Shown here: piece after piece, positions 59,646 to 64,000 of the stretch
How the letters are laid out: the number at the start of each line of letters is the position of its first letter
Position numbering within the stretch: the first letter of the stretch is position 1
Assembly: GCA_043228905.1 (NCBI GenBank)
Contig: JBHGNT010000016.1
Location: 7,874,001 to 7,938,000, forward strand
Direction: 5' to 3'
Source: Azolla caroliniana
Taxonomy: Eukaryota; Plantae; Polypodiophyta
DNA length: 64,000 nt
The notes under the pieces: model-generated
The model's database searches: none
Seen by the model: the letters and a program-made list of their open reading frames with translations, nothing else
What the model was told of the DNA's origin: nothing
Position numbers and translations under genes: made by a program

Positions 59646-60820
59646 AAGTTTTATGCTAAGAATGCATCATTGTACTCATGTTGTGGCTCTTAAGTCTTAT
59701 AAAAAGTTTGTTTGATACATCCTCGCCGTGGTCCTATCACGTTTGTTTGTCTTATCACCGTGTTGATCTTTTGCCGAGCTTTATTCCTCATCTCGTGCTC
59801 ACGTGAGCCTTTTGTGAACCCTTAACTCACTTAGGATCGTTCGGTAATAAAAACGACTAGGAGGGCAAACCTCGACGAGCGAAAGCTCGACGAGACTCGA
59901 CAAAGAGCCTATCGAGGTTAAGTGTGGTACCGTCTTCTACTTGCCAATCCCCTCCGACTCCCTTGTCCGCAACCCCCATAGTCCCGCCCGAACAACACCC
60001 ACGCAAAACTTCGTGACACCGTCTAGAAGAGGTGTCATCACAGTTATCATCTCTTGTTACTCTCCATTGACAAAACATATTCCTTGGTTTAAGTTCCCAA
60101 TGGTCTCCCTTTGCTTTCACATGCACATATGTTAATTTTGTGATACCAAAGATAAAGGTTAGATGAAAAAATTGATGAGTAGGTTCATTAATGGTCTATA
60201 CAAACTTGCTAAGTATCTATTGTACCTAGCATGACTTATGAAGACATTGCCATGTACATTGCCACTAAGACAAAAAGAATGGAAAGAAGTTGGTTCTAGA
60301 GCTTTAGAGCTAATGCACCCCCAATGCGACAACCTTTTTGTAAATAGGATATAGAAGTCACTTTTATCGCATTCAATAGTTATCGTGCAACAAAAGGTGA
60401 TTGCGAAATACTAAATGCATGTATGTGATCAATCAAAGTACATACAATGAAGAGAGAATAAAGTAGAGAGAGGGGGGGAATAAGATAGAATAACAAAGTA
60501 TGTTGGAGAAGGACAAACAATCTTTTTTATGTATCTTTTTGCTCTGATATCTGTTTCCTTCGTTCTTTGGTTAATTTCTAAGCTTACATAGAGATTTCTA
60601 AGGAATAATTGGACATCTTGTTACAAGCATAATCTTTATTCAGTTGTATGCATCCCATGGTCGCATGCTTTGTTTCCTTCTCCAATAAAGTTATTTTTAA
60701 GTGAGAACTCCCATATATATTTTCGTCATTAGGATGGTAGTGTTGTTATGAACATGAATGCATCTTTGAATTCATTAAAGGATGCATCCATGGTTGAGTT
60801 AGTAACGAGTCCAAGAGGGG

Positions 60821-61570
60821 ATGATAAAAGACAATGATGTATTGGAGGTGATAGTAATGATATATCTTATGTTGAGGCAATGCAACAAGATGAAATATGA
60901 GAGGGATGATAGCCATTGGGAACATTTACGATGCATGACAAATATTTTAATGGAATATTGTATAAGGGAGAATGTAAAATTTGTTAAGGAGTTTGATGAT
61001 GATGAAGTGCTTAAGGTAGAAATAGACAATACGGATTTAGATGTGTCATATTGTTTTCACGATGAGGATATCCTTCCTTTTGAGGGTCAAAAAAATGGTT
61101 ATGTGGGAGTTTATAGGGTGATTGTGTTCAAAATGTTTATGTTGGTCCTCATGGGTTTTATGAGGTTGTTTTGGTATTATAAGAGCATAAAGAGAAATTA
61201 CTCAATAAATTGCCAATTTTTTATGAAAAAAGTTTGGTTCATATTGATCCTTAGAGGCCGCTGATGGAATACCATGATATATTGAAGCAAGAATGTCCTG
61301 TATGGGTTGAGGTAGATTGCACATATTCAATGTTCTAACCAATATTATGATCAACAATGGAAAAATTGGGAAATATCTTAGTACCTCTTAGTGCTAATGC
61401 ACAAAATTGATAGTGTGCATTCCTTGGAATGCAACAATTACGAGACCAAGTTGGTTGCAAATTTCACATTACGGTATGCCTCCTATGTTTTTTCAGCTTA
61501 AATGGGGTACATTTGAAGGATATTGTTTCCATTGTGGTGTGTTAGGGTATTTTATGGCCAAGCATCCTTG
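60821..61570 (+). pseudogene. Decayed LINE ORF1-like remnant
   Basis: CPVWVEV..MEKLG and zinc-knuckle-like EGYCFHCGVLGYFMAK; many stops. Confidence 0.5.
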
Positions 61571-61662
61571 AAAAAAAAAACAAAGCAATGCGACTAGTAT
61601 GTGAAGAGCATACAAACTATGAAAAGATTCAAACTTTAACAATCTCTAATCCACCTTGTGAG

Positions 61663-61882
61663 TGTCGAGACTCGTGGGGAGGAGGTAGAGTGAGAGTGAT
61701 AGCAATAGCGAAAGAGAGAGGGTGTGTGTGTACGTGAGAGAGTGTGTGAGAGAGAGTGGGAGAGATAAGACTTCAAATAGAAATGAGATTATATTATGAT
61801 GAGACAAGATTACAATGAGTAGGCTAAGGGCTAAAGACTAGTGTTGAACCGAATGAGTTGAAATGAATGTATGGACACTTAT
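61663..61882 (-). mobile_element. Part of an LTR of the T1 family, interrupted by Copia E
   Basis: tgtcg start, GA/GT tract, then attatattatg...gagtaggctaagggctaaagact.gtgttgaaccgaatgagttg matching 22750-22825. Confidence 0.8.
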
Positions 61883-63812
61883 TGTTAGGATTTCGATCCC
61901 TTTGGATGGGATGATGAGTACCCAGCAAGGAAGACCCGGTGAGAACCGGATGATGCAGGCCCGGTGAGAAGCTCTCACCGGATGAAGGGACATATATGGA
62001 AATATGTTTCTGAGAGCCCATTGGGGCTATATCTGTAAATAGTCCTAATGTCATATTAGTATAAATATGACCTAGGGCAAACAAAGTGTAGTGTGTGTAT
62101 CATTGTGTTGTCATTATTTTGTATAGAGATTATTGGTGTAACTACTGTACAGAGCGTAGCAGAGGAAAAGAGAGAGAGAGAGAGAGTATCTGTTGTAACC
62201 GCCACCAGGCGAAGATCGTGAGCACGAGGTCGTTGCCTTTGTGTTTATCTGTTGTATTCCTCTCGACATAGTGATAGTTGGAGTTTGTGAACTCCCGTGG
62301 TTTTATCCATTTAGGTTTTTCCACGAAAACATATTGTGTACTCTCTTGCTCTATTGTTTTTGTGTATACGTTCATCTATCTCCACATTCCCATTGTTGTG
62401 TTTGTAATTCTCAACGAAGTGATTGAAGAATCGGTTGTGGATGAGTATTATTCCGCATATTCTCTTCAAACTGGTATCAGAGCGAAACGACAAAGAAAAT
62501 GGAAGATTCATTTGGCGGCATGTTCAAGCTCACCAACTCCAACTACTCAGTGTGGAAGTCGAAGATGAGGGACATGCTCGTGGTTAAAGATCTTTGGTTG
62601 CCGGTTTAGTTCGGGGACAAGAGACTAGACAAGATCGATGCCACGATATGGGAGGTGATGCACATGAAGACAACGGCGTACATACGGTGCTTCATCGACA
62701 TGAGCCTGTACAACAACTTCAATGAAGAGAGCAAGGCTCACTAGCTCTGGAAGAATATTGACATTATGTTTCAGAACAAAAATGTTGTTAATTAGGTCTC
62801 GGTATTTCGGAAGCTAGTGAGGCTCCGGTACCAAGACGGCTCGAGTATGGCGGAGCACATGAATGCCTTCCAGGGGCTGATACACCAGACAACCTCATTG
62901 GAAGTACCTCTCACCGATGAGGTACTTTCTCTACTCCTGCTCGGTTCCCTCCCGTATAGCTGGGAGATGTTAGTTCTCACTTTGGGCAACGCCAGGCCGG
63001 AAGGAAAACAGTTATCCCTAGTAAGAGTCAAGTCGAGCTTGCTAGATGAGGAGGCGCATCGGAAAGACAAGGATACGATCTCCGACTCCAAATCACTCCT
63101 TATTGAATCGGAACGTGGAAGACAAAGGAACCGTAGTCTCTAGAACCGGGAAATTCAGGGACATGGTCAAAGTCAAGGGGGAGGCCCACTTGCTTCTATT
63201 GCGGCAAGTCGGGGCACTTCCAGAAGAACTATCGGCATTTCCGGAAACACAAGGAAACCGACAGTACCGATTCGAAGCGGTCACCGGACCGGAACGGTAA
63301 AGACCGGAGGGGACCCAACCGGAAGGGAACGACGGCAATCGCGGCAAGTGAAGAAGAGTTTATGCTCATCATCGAGGAGAGTGAGTTGAACCTTGCTGGC
63401 GACGAGACAACGTGGGTTGTCGATTCCAGAGCGCCGTTCCACCTGACCCCGGACCGGAAATGCTTCTCATCCTACATAGCCGGTGAGCACGGCTGTGTCC
63501 GGATGGGGAATGAAGGTACATGTTGAATTGTCGGCATAAGAGACGTGTGGTTGACAACACCAACCGGATGCAAGTTGATGCTGAAGGATGTCCAACACGT
63601 TCCGGAGGTTCGACTGAACCTGATATCAGCCGGTCGGCTAGATGATGAAGGCTACACTGGTAGCATCCGGAACGGTGTTATGAAGTTAAGCAAAGGGAGC
63701 CTAATAGTAGCTCGGGCCCAAAAAGTCAACACATTGTACCTGATGAATGCCCGGTTATGCCCAGAAGATGTGAACATTGCTTCCGACACTACCAGTGAGT
63801 TGTAGCACAAGA
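61883..63812 (+). mobile_element. Ty1/Copia element E (5' LTR 61883-62468, PBS, decayed gag-PR from 62499)
   Basis: TGTTAGG..CTTCA, PBS tggtatcagagc 62472-62483; MFKLTNSNYSVWKS, CFYCGKSGHFQKN, WVVDS, LISAGRLDDEGY. Confidence 0.9.
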
Positions 63813-64000
63813 TGACAAGAACTACACGCTCCGATGAACACCACTCGGCCACAACCGAGCTTAGAATCAAACACAGAAAACGGGAATGAAAGACACGGCA
63901 CAAAGGAGAGAAGAGTACACAGGATGTTTAACGTGGAAAACCCTGAGAGGGAAAAACCACAGTAGTCCACAGACTCCAAACTATCACTATATAAGAATGT
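63813..64000 (-). mobile_element. U5 end of a related Copia LTR inserted in reverse orientation into element E
   Basis: Reverse complement contains gtggtttttccc..gggttttccacgt as in LTRs A, D and E, and ends in ...TGTCA. Confidence 0.75.

Noticed and set aside
58909-59715. Cys/Val-rich ORFs as metallothionein-like or membrane proteins
   Set aside because: They are open in several frames because of low-complexity GT-rich repeats; no domain motif.
59870-59895. Hammerhead ribozyme
   Set aside because: It resembles CUGANGA-stem II, but there is no exact CUGANGA and no GAAA core after the stem.

Overview
This is eukaryotic land-plant DNA, and the transposon and PPR style suggest a fern or other non-seed plant (inference). 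There is no CRISPR, rRNA or intact tRNA gene. The only apparently functional host gene is the 5' half of a spliced heterotrimeric G-protein alpha subunit (GPA1-like, minus strand, 7 coding exons in 1-2395). Upstream lie a deletion-riddled MAPK::PPR chimeric pseudogene, a near-complete decayed L1-type LINE, RTE-type LINE copies and a hAT-type MITE. From 21.7 to 57.9 kb is a six-level retroelement nest. Most of its junctions are resolved by target-site duplications (TSDs); the RTE layer is placed by LTR continuity. The order is SAC-phosphatase retrocopy > Copia D > Tcn1-like Gypsy T1 > RTE LINEs > Copia A > Copia B, plus an intact Tcn1-like chromovirus (T2) and a further chromovirus. Best leads: (1) the SAC/FIG4 retrocopy has poly(A), a 17-bp TSD and exons in scrambled, back-splice-like order, so it may derive from a circular RNA; (2) both Tcn1-like families lack a tRNA primer site, show co-varying self-priming complementarity, and carry an antisense tRNA-like Pol III A/B-box cassette at the U3 edge of the LTR; (3) T2 has a GUUAAAC-plus-stem -1 frameshift signal; (4) the very young Copia B contains a 125-bp fold-back inverted duplication, a possible siRNA 'killer' allele; (5) Copia A, D and E show a gag swap. 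All coordinates were read by eye and may be off by a few bases where no TSD or splice site fixes them.
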